64,000 bases of DNA. It comes from Antedon mediterranea (taxonomy: Eukaryota; Animalia; Echinodermata). Location of the stretch: NCBI RefSeq assembly GCF_964355755.1, contig NC_092675.1, positions 27,810,912-27,874,911 of the forward strand, in the 5' to 3' direction. The position numbers were made by a program, and so were the translations under genes. Of the stretch, positions 1-13,489 are shown in pieces. A model generated the notes under the pieces. It did no database searches. It had not been told where the DNA came from and saw nothing but the letters and a program-made list of their open reading frames with translations. Each line of letters begins with the position of its first letter. The stretch's first letter is position 1.

Positions 1-2741
1 GGGCCTATTATAGTAGAACATCAGTCAGTCCTCCGTGTATAGACTGACTGTTCTTTTTACCAATTATCGACATGGAAATGTTATGTCATCTTATGAGTGG
101 GAGCTAAACTTCTTAAATTGACTGAAGCCCATGGCATTAATAATGTATTACTCGTTTTGAATATTAGATATTTGAACTTGAAAAGCCATAAATTGTTATT
201 GTATGCTACCAGGTAGGTAGGCCTATATTGAGGATAGCCAATTTGACGTTTAATCAGGCATTGTTAATGAACACTATCCATGGGCAGAATTGGTTTTCGT
301 TACACCTATTCCACGGTTTTAGTTGATAATAAGGTTATTCCCAAGACCTCCACCCCGCCCACCCACTCCCTAAAATATCCATTAAACTTGAAGGCGTCCT
401 CAGTGCGTCTCCTCCACACGTGTGCACAGCCGGAATACACGTTTCTCTCAACAACAAAATATTGTCAAGTTTGTATGATATACTAATGCATATTCGTTAC
501 ATCCCAGTATCTATATACCGTACATTTAAATTTATTAGGGTAATCCTGGGTTTCTATCAAAAGGATTTAACGGTATTTTTATATGTTTTATGTTAGAATA
601 ATTACATGAAATTGAATAATCAATTACTGAGCTGAATGGAAGATACCAAAGTTATTTATATTTCTAATATAGACTGACAGTATTATTAATGGTATGAGAC
701 AATCTGTTTTGTACTGTATCGCATCTATACCTATATAAATACAAGGTAATTGCAAAATCAATAACTATAGTGATCTTAAGTCTATTAGTTATTATGATAA
801 CAACATAACATTTACGTTAAACATTTTCAATAGTAATTTATCTTTTTGATTACTTTCTTCATCACATCATTATCATCACAATGGCCGAATGGCTTCAAAG
901 GTTGTTCAGGTAGCACTATGTATGGTCCAGTCACCAACCTATATCTCTAAACTTTATCTCCACGTATGGCGTTCTAATAAGTCCATTATCATAGCCGAAT
1001 TGCAGGCGTCAGATGTGACACACATGCGATCCTGTATCACAGAATTATCCTATGATACACTGGACATAATTGCTCTATTGTTCAGCCATTCAAATTTCTC
1101 ACGCGGATATTAAGCAGAAGCATTGGTTTAAACCCATGAACGTTTTCGCTGATTCACCGTATAGTTGATGCACACATATAATTCAATCGATATTATGAAT
1201 TAATTTAATGAATATTGATGTAATATAATTTACGGACGCTCTATTCTGAAAATTGATTCGTGATTGTGTTTGACTCAATGAACTCATAATGGAGGCACGA
1301 TTAAGAAAATATAATAGTTCAGTTTTAAAAATAGATTTTATTTTGTTAAGAATATACCTGGCGTTATTTGGTTATATAATATTAATTCATTGCTCTTGTA
1401 TACAGATGTAGAAAACAGGAATTAAAATAGACACGCTGTATGTAAACAGTTAATATGCAGTGACAGTTATAATGATTTTCTTTACTGAAAAAAAATATAC
1501 ATACATATCAAGAACTGTCCATGCGCTTGAACAGATTTTGCTAGAATATGCCTATTTCTATAATTATTTAGAAATGTGCAGAGTATTATCCCAGATAATA
1601 TTATGCAATCGTATATTTGAAATAATGACTTCAGTGAATTCTTTGTCTCTCTACGTTATTTCCTTCAGGAATTATCATTCATTTTGATTGTGAGTATTCT
1701 GAAGCAATAAGTACCTCGAGACTGAGTATAATAATTCATCTCGGTATTCAGTCATGAAGCAATCGACAACGGAATACAATGAAATATGGACCACATACTG
1801 GATCTAATCAGCAAGATGTAGTTAATTGAACTTCATAACCACAGGCTAACTAATATTTACTGTACCTCAAGCAAAGTGTTTAATTTCTTAATAACTAATA
1901 TTGGTACTTGGCTGACGAAATAGATTTTTAACCTACTTTTAGTAAACAACCCTGTAATAGGTATTAACTTTGAATGAAATGTTACAAAATGGAAAATGTT
2001 AACAGTGGCGTCCTGGATTTCGAAAGAACTTCTTGTTTGATATCTAATCAAAGTTAATTCACGGATTTCTCTTGTTCTGTTACTTTATCCTGTTTAATAT
2101 GTATAAACAATTTATGAGATGTTGTCTTTTAGTAAACGGTGATCGTTTAATAGAAGGTTATAACAATGCAGAGCATGATGAACCAACGTTCATTTTGCAG
2201 TATTTGTAAGAGTTTACATAGGAAATGGAGAATATTGAAACGACACCACTTAGGAACACTTAAATAAACGTGACTAGAACAATCAACATGTAAGAAATCA
2301 ATTTCTTCAAAGATTCATTTTTTTGTTCCAGAAAACTAGGTTTCATGAGAAATAGGTTGTGTTTACTTCTTGCATTATGAACAAAATATGAAGACCGTAA
2401 ACATACGTGTCTATATTACCGATTGTTGTATAAATTATCTAAAATGTGTTACCTTAATAAATGGTAATGAAATTTAATAGTGCGGCGGTATGTTGACAAT
2501 GCGTGGCATAGACAATTAATACAGAGTTATTGGATTCTTTCGCTCTATACTAATGACTTGGTTATAGTGAAGAATACTGGTATCCATCGGTTACTCAGTA
2601 CGATAGTTTTCGTCTTTTAAAATAGTTTGCCTTTAGTGGCAGATCTAAGATTTTGAAATAGGTAGAACCAAAGTTAAGTGCATGCGTATGGGAAGGGGAG
2701 ACCGCCTCGGATCTGCTTATTAAGTCAGTATACTGAAATAT

Positions 2742-2791
2742 ATATTCTAAAATCCTCCTAACCTTATAAGGTTAGGAGGATTTTAGAATAT
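2742..2791. repeat. Perfect 50-bp palindrome (25-bp arms, no spacer)
   Basis: ATATTCTAAAATCCTCCTAACCTTA|TAAGGTTAGGAGGATTTTAGAATAT read directly. Confidence 0.9.
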
Positions 2792-4290
2792 TGTGGTGTT
2801 GGGGGAGTGGGGGTTGTCATGTTATGATTCAATGCGGAACATTGGTCAGCTCAGAAGAGTAAGTGTGAGAGTCGGGCTTAATTTGCTGTTCATGCTTTTA
2901 CAATTGACAAAGTAAAATATTTTACCGACACAGCAATACAAAAGAGGGGTGGGAGAGTCACTAAAATCGATCGTCGCAAATCGAAAGCTCAGCTGCGAAA
3001 GCTCCATAATGCCGTTAAACATTGGACACTCGGTAATAAACGTTCTTGCGGCACTCAAACATAAATTAAAACGTATTGTTTATAAAATACAGAATTTGCA
3101 ATTTGCTGTAGATATTGCTTATTTCTCGTGTGTATCGTTTGTATGTTTAAATTATTCATGGGAAGGTGTTTTACCGATTGTGTTCACATTAGTCGCTTCA
3201 ATGTGTCTCTCCAACGCGTGAAATAATTCAATATCAACAAATATCCAACGACCGAGCGTCGATTCGTCTATAATTGTGCTAATTGATCGCGCGCAATATC
3301 AATTGCAACAGAATAGATATGAGCTCCGTTGGGGTTATTCATATTCGCAAATGAACGATTTTGACAGGTCATAATTCATAGCCAATATGTGGGGTTTTCA
3401 GTTGTTATACATTATATCACACCGATCAGTCGCTTTCGGTTTATCAATGTAATTAAGCTGCTATTAACAAACAATTTCTTAATCAAAACCATTACCATAC
3501 AATTCGAAATTGTAACCTACACTATACATTCCAATAAAATGCATGTTTGTCTACAACATTAATATCTTTATGAACTGCACAAATTGAGTATACGATCCAT
3601 ACGAATTAACGCAGAGAAACGAAAACATATCTAAGACTAAGTGTCATGGTCTTTGTAGGGTTTTTTTCAACATAAAACTGTTCGTTAATTAGCCATGCTA
3701 TTATTGAAACAAGTACAGTATGTTATATTTGTTGCACTTTGGAAAACAAGAAAACAACAATAAAGACCCTCAAATACAACGTCTTTCTGTGTGTCAAGAA
3801 GGAGATATACTAACTCATTGATGTCAAGTTTGGAGAGAAGTCCATCCTGAGTCGTCTCAAACGCTCCGTATGATACCGATCAACATACAATTTGATATTA
3901 TTTATAAAACCAGGTCCTGATGGTTTTAATTTTAGATTTCTAAATAAAATTCATCTACAGGTATAAACACTATGTAAATAACTGTGAGATAAATTATTAA
4001 TTCACAGAAAAGAAGGACTCAATAATTGTTTTGATGAATCAATGAGTCTACAATTGAAAGCATTCGTTATGCTCCAATGTGTTTACATTGCCATTGAATA
4101 ATGTTTCAAAGTATATAAAAGCAGATATCACATACATCATTAATAATGACCAGGCATATTAATAGGAAAGGGCATTAAACCAAACGAACTATGTCGTGTA
4201 TAAACAACAATTGCGTAAATAAATATGAGGGGTGAAAATTCTTGAACGTAGTTTCTGCATAATGCATACGCCCAAACCAGTGGAATAATA

Positions 4291-4355
4291 CGCAAGCTAA
4301 TTGACCACTCACAATCGATGGAACTGTCGCTTGTGATTGGTCAATTCGCTTGCGT
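4291..4355. repeat. Imperfect hairpin, probable MITE remnant
   Basis: CGCAAGCTAATTGACCACTCACAA ... TTGTGATTGGTCAATTCGCTTGCG inverted arms; a related fragment (AGTTGACCAATCACAA) lies near 28690. Confidence 0.5.
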
Positions 4356-7300
4356 TGTACAGCTTGCGCCCTTGCCTTGCGTCCTAGTTGGAATCAAGTT
4401 TAGTGGCACCATGTATGTGCACTTTTTACATGAGCAATGTTGAATTTTGTTTTGTTTTAAATTACTCTAGCATACATTGGTGTTGTGATAAAAAAAATTA
4501 ATTGTTGGGCTCCAAACCATTATTTTAGACTACAACAACAACTATTTCAGATCAGGGAAATTCGTCTTTAGTCCTCCGTTTGCAAGATGTCAATAAGTCA
4601 ATTATGGATTGAATAAGCGTAAATAACTGTATCGATTAAGGATCTAGTAACACTGATAAAATGACCTAAGAACAAACTTGATAATTAATTTCTTGCGTTT
4701 CTGCATACAAATTAAGGCTCTTGAAGTAACAGTAAACAGGCCTATACCTATTTATATAAGTTACTTACTTATCTTACAATAATAACAATAATCAATCTTA
4801 TTCTGCTACAACTGCGTGCTTATAATTAATTTCATAATATAAGAATTGTCTAACATTATCATTTTTAAAATAAACCTTTATTTGACACAAAAACTGGTAA
4901 TTCTTATATCGGCATCGAATTTCAATTTTAGATAACTGATTTGAATATGCTTTTGGTTCCTTATACAGATTTAGCAATAGACTTAACACATTAACACCTT
5001 ATACTTTCTGCACACACAAAATTGACATGTACTTCACTGCACTCTAATAGTTACCCACATTTGTTTTATATAGGCCTACAATTACAAAAAAAATTAAATC
5101 TCCGATTTACTATAGTTCAGGAGTAAGAACATCTCAACCTCTGTTGAAAATATAAGATAATTAGAAAATAAGTATGCAGTTCCTACCTTAGTTAACCAAC
5201 ACAGCTGAGTTTGTCTTCTTATTTTCTCGATAATAATATTTCCTAAAGGTGAGATCATTCCAACACAAAATGGCAATAAGTGAAGATGAAATACCTTTAA
5301 ATAGCAGCACAACACACGGTTGTTCAATTGCTCCGCCTTGTCTGCCTGCCTGCTACCTAGCCAATCTGTATGTTGTATGCACTATTTCCGATTGTGCTTC
5401 AATAACTTCACCTTTTGAAATTCGTGCATTAATTTTAATATTCTACAAACAACAATCAATAGTCAATCTCCCACCTGCTTTTGACTTGAACGCTTAGCGA
5501 TGTCGAAGGACAATGCTTACTATTGGTTGTCTCAATAACAATTATAAGTTGAACTTGTCCGATTATTGACTAATAGTAGATCAAGTCAATGGCCAATAAA
5601 CTGACTTTCCTCATGATATAAACAAATGGTTGATATTCTTATATAAATTTATTATTTACTTTAATATTCACGAGTGTGTATAAAATAGCTGAATGAAAGG
5701 TAACTTATCTCCAGCCTCACCTGTTGTTCCGTCTTATAATATATTAAGGAGGACACACAATAATGAGTACATTCTGCTTGAGGGATTAAGAAGAGTTAAA
5801 CTCATATTTAACAAACTAAAAGTGTATATTATACCTTTTATCTCCCATCAACTCCAATTTCCTCGGCTTCTCGGTTGAAACCCGAAGTCTTTAACTGTTT
5901 CGGATGTTTTCTGTTGATTTCTCTTGTTGTCGTCTTCTTCCCGTTTGTTCCTCAGTGACACAGGGAGACTCGATTCACGATTCTTGATAATTTCGGGCTC
6001 CTACCTTCATATTTATGTATCTTAAATTTGATTAGTCATAATTGTTTATTTTTATTTCATTTTTTCCATTATTGTTCTAATTAAAAAGAAAGAAAAATGT
6101 TACATCGAACAAGAGATGTCACGGATAACAATCTTGAGTTCACAACATTTTGAAATAAATTAATTCCGAACAGAAGACAAGTATCTGAAATATTCAAATT
6201 AAATTATTGATGTCAAATATTTTATTCCTGAATCAGGTATTTGTTACACATATGTCTACCGTGTATTTTTGCCTGATGATTAATGACATAACCCAATTTT
6301 GTAATATTTAGCATTTGAAAATAGTATGTAATTGTGCAATTCCTAGAGTTTCAACAGTAAATATAAATAATGTTGCATGAATGACTGTGTTTGCTTAGCT
6401 TTTATCTCGAAGCGTACATACTCCGAGGCCATTATATGTATGTTTACCACTAGCTCGCTTTCACAAAGTGCAAACACAATTACTGTACTTTGCTATACAT
6501 TAACGTGATTATCGTAACCAATAATAGTAACTTGTTCTACTTTCTAATAAAAGTATAAGTCTCATATCAAGTACAGTGCCGTTATATTAATGTAAGACTT
6601 TCTTTCTGTCAAATATTAAGTAATATTAAATAAATATCACATTTAAAGGGACAATTCTTACTTACATGATTCTACTTATGCTGAAAATGTTTTTAAAAAA
6701 CATTTTGAAAATGTTGGAGAATGTATCATGTTTGTAGCGACTATTACAATGACCTGTTATCTGTTATACTGTCGAAGATACAGTGAAAAATGATATGGAA
6801 ACATGTTATAGTTTATAGAGTTTAGTGCTGATGTACGGTAACGTTACATTATGAATCAAAGCACTAAACGTTGCCGACAATCATTTGTTTATAATTCTAT
6901 TCACGTATTTAAAGCAAGTTTATAATATCTCTTTGATTTATTGTTTTTTTGTTTTATTTTATTATATATCTATATAATTATATTTATATCAAATGTAAAT
7001 CAACCAACTAATGTTCATTTGTACATTGTTGTATAAATGACAATAAATACTATCGTATAAAAGCTCATCTTGAATTTATCAATTAATAGAATCTTTTTTG
7101 TCGCAATACACAACCTTGTAACCTTTCACAAGACCATTACCTCTTCTCTCCATTAGATTACATGACATACGGTCAAGTCAGACATATTTAACCAGTAGTA
7201 AGTTAAGAGGACATTAAGATAAGCAATTAACATTACCACACAGCGAATTGCAATTAGCTTTAGTATGTGAATTTAGCAATTATCTACTTTACCATGATTG

Positions 7301-8321
7301 CAGCCTTTGCGTAAATGTTTTTAAGTAGGTATGCTTTAATCTGTTCACTCACGCACCTTGCCTTTTATGAAAATGTAATGTTGATGAAAAATATACACAA
7401 ATGAAATGGTTACAACCAGCGGGGAAAATGCCATAGGTGGCGCTAAACTAAATCATAACCACCGATATAAGAACATTTATTTCTCTTCGATGAACTGAAA
7501 ACGAAACGAAGTTTAGAACCGATATACGAACATTTATTTGTATTCGTAAAACTTGACAGCAATTTAGAAAAATGCATTTATAAACTTTAAAAACGAAAAA
7601 AATGTAAAAAAACAACAAAAATGACATAGGTGGCGCTAAACTTTAAAATAAAAAAAACTAATAATTACAAAAGATACAAGAAACTTTATTTGTCTTAGTA
7701 AAGTACAAATAAATTTTGGTTGATTGAAAAACGACGAGTTTTAGGTGTACAGTAAAATTAAAAAGATTAATTAATTAATAAATTAATAACTTTATGATAA
7801 CAGTGAAAGAAATATACATATCATAGGCCAAGGAACGTTGAGAAAGTTCGATAAAGCTCCATCACTACATTGTGTATAGGACATGCCAATTAATTAATTT
7901 ACATTTCTGGAGACTCAGTTTTCAGTAAAAAATTATTATATATCATAATATGAACCAATCAACCAACACGGTACTATTTCTTTTCCGTTCCTGTTGTTTG
8001 TATTGCATATTGTAGACTTGTTTGTAGACGTGCCTATTGTCACATTATACATTCTGGTTTGTTCCGGTTTCATATATAACGGAATTATATTAACAATATA
8101 CCTAAATCCATGGTTTACTATAGATCAATACAATACAAAACATAACTGCATGCACCATGGATTATGAAGAAACGCTGTAGGAACATTGTTCCCCTCGATG
8201 TCCTTATTTACGTTGTGTAGGCCTATCTGACATTTTTTCTTGCTGAATTAAAGACCTTCAATAGTTTCAATCGACTATACTGTATATTATTATAGTATAT
8301 ATTAATTAGCGGTTATTACCG

Positions 8322-8400
8322 ATGATGAATTTGTCTGTTTATCTGGTATTTATTGTGGCCGTTTTGGCACAAATAGGTGTTGGACTAGGCTCACATCAAG
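8322..8400 (+). CDS. Gene A exon 1: signal peptide MMNLSVYLVFIVAVLAQIGVGLGSHQ (phase 1)
   Basis: ATG in TATTACCGATGATGAATTTG context shared with gene B; hydrophobic core; donor AAG|GTAAGT; phase matches exon 2. Confidence 0.8.
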
Positions 8401-8409
8401 GTAAGTCTG

Positions 8410-8800
8410 ATCAAACACACTATATGCCCTAAAGGACCGTCCTCCTTTTAGGTAGGCCTAAATCTGTATAACACTGTGGTTGATAAAAATTAGGATGATG
8501 ATGACTGAGATAAGTGCGAGAAAAAAAACAACAAACTGCATAACTATATATTAATAATTGTTTATATTTTCTTTTAAAAGATGTTAAAGTATTTGACAAT
8601 TTAAGATTAAAGTGCATGATGTTCCATAAGGTACATAGTAAATATGTTCTACGAATGTAATAGAATACTATTAGAATTATAGAAAATTAGACTATTATTA
8701 TAGGAATGCAATTTGACAAATAAATGAAAAGAATGATTTACATTTTGGAGGAAGCTGGTTATTATTATAAATACGTAGTGATGAGAAAACTATAAAAACA
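8410..8800 (-). mobile_element. Degraded 3' fragment of a Crack/Daphne/L2-group LINE in gene A intron 1
   Basis: Minus-strand translation LWNIMHFNLKLSNTLTSFKRKYKQLL resembles the LWNxLPxxIKxSxSLxxFKxKLK ORF2 C-terminus; upstream NNQLPPKCKSFF; boundaries approximate. Confidence 0.5.
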
Positions 8801-9766
8801 AGAGTCACAAAGAAAGTTTTTTTTAGTAGATAGTGAGACGCACTCATTTATGGTGCAGTCATATCAACCATGATGATTAGGCAGAAATCGTTTCTCTTTT
8901 GTTGCAAATTTCGTCCATATTTTGGCATGCAGTAATTATAGGTTCGAAAGGCGCGTGATCTATGAGATTGGCTTTAATACATCAATGTTAAAAAATAGAG
9001 ATTGTTAGGATTGCATGTTGAACAGTATGTTCGTTGCAGTTCAATTATTTATACTGCGCCGAACTCCGCCATATTGTAGAAGTGCAACCTTGGTGGATTG
9101 ATCAAGCTTCCCTGTTTATTATCCGTAAAACCACTGTATGAGACGAATAACATCATGTGTAATATGATAATACTAATAATAATAGATGTTACAGTTACAT
9201 TATCGTAAACAGGATACTTTACATAAAGGCCTATACATAAGAAAATAATTTAAAAGCCTTATAGTTAATCCTTTGATCGTTCTGGCGGTGATTCGGCCGT
9301 AAAGAAGAAAAGCATTTTGGCATACATGGCGTGTCACACCTATCTTTGATCTGCTAAAACTTATTAAAGCGTATGTTTTTTCCAAGGTGGGTACAGAAAC
9401 TCGTATTGTTAATTCTTTTTTTAATTAGATGATAATGCAAATAATTACCATAGTTTCATGTTTCGAAACAAATCACGTAAACGCTACGTAAAAAGAAAAC
9501 AATAACGTGCGGCGGATTGTTGTACATTAACCGTGGTTTCGCTCGCGTAAGAAAAGTGGTACAAGCTATGCGTTTATAATATAATAATCAACGCTAAACA
9601 TCAAGCTAAACGCGTAAAAGTGGGTAGGCCCTACACGCTATGCGTTTATAATGTAACACCGTTTCTAAAGTGTAGAGACTTGTGATAAGTCATGGAGCAA
9701 TAATATGATATAAGGTGGTAGGTGCATCGAGATATTTCTATTTTACATTCTTTTCTGTTCTTTTAG

Positions 9767-10167
9767 GCAATTATAGACCTACACAGTCGGCCCAGAGATG
9801 GTATCCCCGTACAACAGAATACTTTGTTGATAATTATTGGGGAAGAGAACCTTCAATCAATTCGATGGCTGGCACCTTGGATCCGTACAGAACACAGAGA
9901 AAACAATCTTATGGTTGGTACAATCGCGTCCACAGTTACTATGGCTTTCAAACTACCGAAGAGGCATTTAAACCATATCAGAGATTTTACTCATCGAAAC
10001 CTAATTATGGCTTTGAAACTACCGAAGAACCATTTAATCCATATGAGAGATTTTATCCATCGAAACCTAGTTATGGCTTTGAAACTACCGAACAGCCGGT
10101 TAATCTATATAATTCGATCCCGAACAAGGAAGATAAAAAGGAGAATGAAGAACAAGCATATTACAAG
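9767..10167 (+). CDS. Gene A exon 2: Tyr-rich low-complexity ectodomain with 22-aa repeats
   Basis: Acceptor ttttctgttcttttag|GC; open frame (G)NYRPTQSAQRWYPRTTEY...EEQAYYK; donor AAG|GTATAG, phase 0. Confidence 0.8.
9940..10110 (+). repeat. Coding 66-bp tandem repeat, about 2.6 copies (YGFETTEEPFNPYERFYPSKPS)
   Basis: TATGGCTTT starts at 9940, 10006 and 10072. Confidence 0.9.
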
Positions 10168-10448
10168 GTATAGCCCTATATTTATCATTCTAGATAATAT
10201 AAGGCTACATTGTATTTTGGGTTTTTTTAAACACGTTCTAAAAAGAATTCTAGTATCTCAGGGAGAATAAACAACCCCTCAGCCACGAAACATCCTCCAC
10301 ACAACCACAACAATCCAACCCCCCCCCCCCACCCCTCCAACCCCACTTCCTTCTTGAAGGATTAGCTCCTAAGCCTATACCGAATCTTCTACCGTCTTTG
10401 TGCGCTTCTAATACTGTATCTGTTTGAATTGTTTTTATTTATTTCCAG

Positions 10449-10598
10449 ACGATTGTATACACACGATGGCAAACCATACATCCACAAATTAGACCACAAG
10501 AAACTGCTGTCTATTGTCTGTTATATTGCATTACGGCAGGAGTTACATTTCTATTATTCTATGCTGTTTATACACACTGTTACCGAAGAAAACAGAGG
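10449..10598 (+). CDS. Gene A exon 3: transmembrane exon TIVYTRWQTIHPQIRPQETAVYCLLYCITAGVTFLLFYAVYTHCYRRKQR
   Basis: Acceptor atttccag|ACG; 150 nt, phase 0-0; ~22-aa hydrophobic helix followed by basic RRKQR; donor AGG|GTAAGT. Confidence 0.85.
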
Positions 10599-10988
10599 GT
10601 AAGTAATAAATTTGAATTGAGATGGCGTTTTATTTGGCAAGATCCCAAATGTATTAGACCTCCTTGCTTATGATTGCTTGCTTTGAAACAAATTGGTGAC
10701 GTCATAAAAACTTATTAACATTTCTAGTTATTTGCCGAAATGTTACAACGGTCTTTTTGAGTTTGTTTAGTTATATAATATATGCCTTTTTTTTTAAATG
10801 AAATTTCAAAGTAAAAAAATTATTGTGTTAAGTGGTAAGTCAATTGTGACAATCAGTAAAACAAACAAGAACCCAACCGATTTTGTAATCACTACAAATA
10901 GGCTAATATAGCTAGTTAAATAAAACATCTTCCATAATGTCAAGATAATAACGAAAAAAATAATTTCTTATTATTTATCATTTATTAG

Positions 10989-11099
10989 ATTATAAACGTA
11001 CAGAGTGGTAACAAGTTGAAGGCTGAATTATACCGTGACGTCGAAGCCAAAACATACGAAATCGAACCAATAATGGGAAAGACCGCAATGGTGTACTAG
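10989..11099 (+). CDS. Gene A exon 4: cytoplasmic tail IINVQSGNKLKAELYRDVEAKTYEIEPIMGKTAMVY*
   Basis: Acceptor tttattag|ATT (in-frame alternative at 11004); aligns with gene C exon 4; total CDS 741 nt = 246 aa. Confidence 0.8.
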   Translation: MINVQSGNKLKAELYRDVEAKTYEIEPIMGKTAMVY

Positions 11100-11248
11100 T
11101 TGCTGAGAAGAGCCAACGGAACCTAAAGCGATGAGCACATCCTATTGCTGCTTTATGTCATCGATTATGTTTTAAATATGTAAGATAGATGGTGCAGGTT
11201 GGAATTTCGTCGGAAATTTCATTACGCAGATTCTTTTTGTCGATTTTA

Positions 11249-11390
11249 AGCTCTGTCCACACTAACAAACTTACGTGACAAACAAAATGTGATGTACCAT
11301 ACCCATGGACATGATGATGCCATATCACTACCATTATTTGGGCGGATTACACTTTTTTTTGTCAAACTAATTTGATAGTTAGACAAAGCT
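11249..11390 (+). mobile_element. Harbinger/Tourist-like MITE family 1, copy 1
   Basis: TIR consensus AGCTCTGTCTACACTATCAAAC...GTTTGATAGTGTAGACAGAGCT, shared core ATGGACATGATGATGTCATATCACTACCATATTTGG, TWA flanks; 5 copies in the window. Confidence 0.8.
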
Positions 11391-12381
11391 TAATATTCAG
11401 TGCAAAAAACGAAAAAAAGAACATTAATACTCAGATGTTTGCTTCTTATTACGGTACTATACTGTTTGAATTTAAGCAATATAGAACGCTAAAACAATAC
11501 TTACTATGTAAGAGTAATTTGTGTTTGTATATATACAGGATCTTTTCAAGAGAGTTAATGCTTCTTTTCCTTTCAAATTGTCTTTGAAATGCATAGCTAG
11601 CTTTATTTGTTTTATGAAAGAGTTGGAGTTGCGGTTTGTCTTGAAATGTTCTGGACAATCTTGCGCATGTGCAAATATACGATTTTATATAATCTCATAG
11701 AGCAAATAGGAGCATATAAATATGAGCTACATTACTACACAATACTTAGAACAGCCATTCTATTGTTGTCTTCTTTTTTTATTGTAGGCCTAGTTTGTAA
11801 AACATGTATAGCATATTTGATCATATACGGTAGGCCTACTAACTGATTTTAAATAAAATGTCATGTTTTTCATAAATGCAAACCTAGCCTAAATGTGTTG
11901 ATTACTTGATAACAAATTACATCATTATAATTATCACCGCGTAACTTAGGGGGTGTTCACAAGTACGGCGTAAGGCTGGCAGTGGCGCAACTCACGCCAC
12001 GTCCGTGACTTTATTAACGACAGCTACATACCCCATCTAACGCTACGGATTTAACTCCAGCGTCACTTGAATAGTTTTGACCATATTTCGAGATATTTAC
12101 CGATTACTGCATGTTTCTTAATGTAAGCAGGCCCTATTGTAAATTGCTGATATAAAACAAGCTCAGCTGCTCTTCGATCTGAAAGCGCATTTAAATTATA
12201 CTATAGTTTTATTGACTATTATACCAAAAGTCTCTGCTTTAAATAATGGCTAAAAGCGTGACGAAAAGAGTGACTTTTGGGAAATATTTTAACTCAGAAG
12301 AAATTGGAAATAAAGCGCTGATAATAATTAAGATGGCCGTATTTCAAGAAATGGTAAAAAAAATCAGTGTAACATCTAAAA

Positions 12382-13489
12382 CGCCGCCGTTCCACAACCT
12401 ATTGGTCGCGACCCAATGTTTGGGTCGTGAAAAAAATTTGATGGGTCACGAAATTGTTTCCGATACTGAGACTTTTGATCAATTTATACACTGATCTATA
12501 TGTGAAACGTTCTCAGTTTTGTAGAATCAACAACACTGATTACATTTTACATCTCTACAGTTTTTCCCTGTGTTGACGTGCGGCGAGTCCGTAGCGACAC
12601 ACAATTGGACGCTTTTGACGCATGGTTGGTTGTTAATATACAAGTGGGGAATCCCCTTTAAGGACGTGGATTTAATAACCTACCAACTGGTTCTACGACG
12701 CTATTTTTCTGTAGTTTGCAAAGGAGTTTGTAACTTGACTGAAAAATTGCGAACTTTGATGTACCGGCGGTGGGAACTTTGACAATGAACATTGGAATAA
12801 TAGAAAGAACTATATAAACAGGTACATCCCAAATTACACTCATATCGTCGATGTTGTTCAGGCCTTTATGGTTTGAGAGAACTCCTTGACGTTACATTGA
12901 ACACAAATGTGTTTATCGGCGGAAAAAGTAGCTGGCTATTTGCGAGCGCGATATTATTAGAGTGTCATTTCCGGCCAACTAGAGGTGCCATTTATCATAA
13001 TTTTTACGTGCGAGAGTACCATTTCCAGTCAGGTGTGTCATTTAACAACATTCGCTTCGCCTATGGCCCCATTAGGCCTAATAGAGATTACTATAACAAC
13101 AGTGATTATGTATGCATCATGACTATGTATTAATATGACTGTAGAAATCGCAAAGATAGCTTACCTATTTCCTAAATTAACTTAACTGTCTCAATATCTT
13201 TCAAAATAAATAAAAAAAATATTTATTTCATTAAAAAAAAATCCGCAGGGTTTTGAACCCAAGCTAACTCTTAGAGTATTCGAACAGAGCATTACTTGTC
13301 ACGCCACTAAGTACATGACTGAGCAGCTGACAATAGTCTACGTGTAGGCCTACGTACTTCATCTTACGTAATTCATCGCTACGTCATAAATATATTGTGT
13401 TTCTGTAAGATCAAACACGCAATGTTGGGTCGCGAAAATTCCCAAAATAGGATCATGGGGTCGTGGTCAAAAAAGGTTGCGGAACGCTG
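12382..13489. mobile_element. Non-autonomous hAT (Charlie/Buster-like) element, ~1.1 kb
   Basis: Exact 8-bp TSD ATCTAAAA (12374-12381 and 13490-13497); termini (C)GCCGTTCCACAACC / GGTTGCGGAACGCTG; subterminal GGGTCG(C/T)G motifs at both ends. Confidence 0.8.

Noticed and set aside
860-1200. GC-richer, coding-looking patch (ORF 889-1113 and minus-strand fragments)
   Set aside because: Frames are short or interrupted by stops and I recognise no domain; it may be a decayed element but is not supportable
7425-7700. Repeated ATAGGTGGCGCTAAACT and GATA..AGAACATTTATTT motifs
   Set aside because: Short local duplications with no termini or TSD to classify them
9940-10110. YGF repeats as an opioid-like or other neuropeptide precursor
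   Set aside because: No flanking dibasic cleavage sites or amidation Gly, and the protein continues into a TM exon
9824-10270. 148-aa overlapping ORF in gene A exon 2
   Set aside because: Shadow frame of the 66-bp repeat; splice phase and homology with gene B support the other frame
13240-13315. tRNA-like sequences here and near 34795, 36255 and 42250
   Set aside because: Only degenerate A/B boxes with no complete cloverleaf; SINE relics at best
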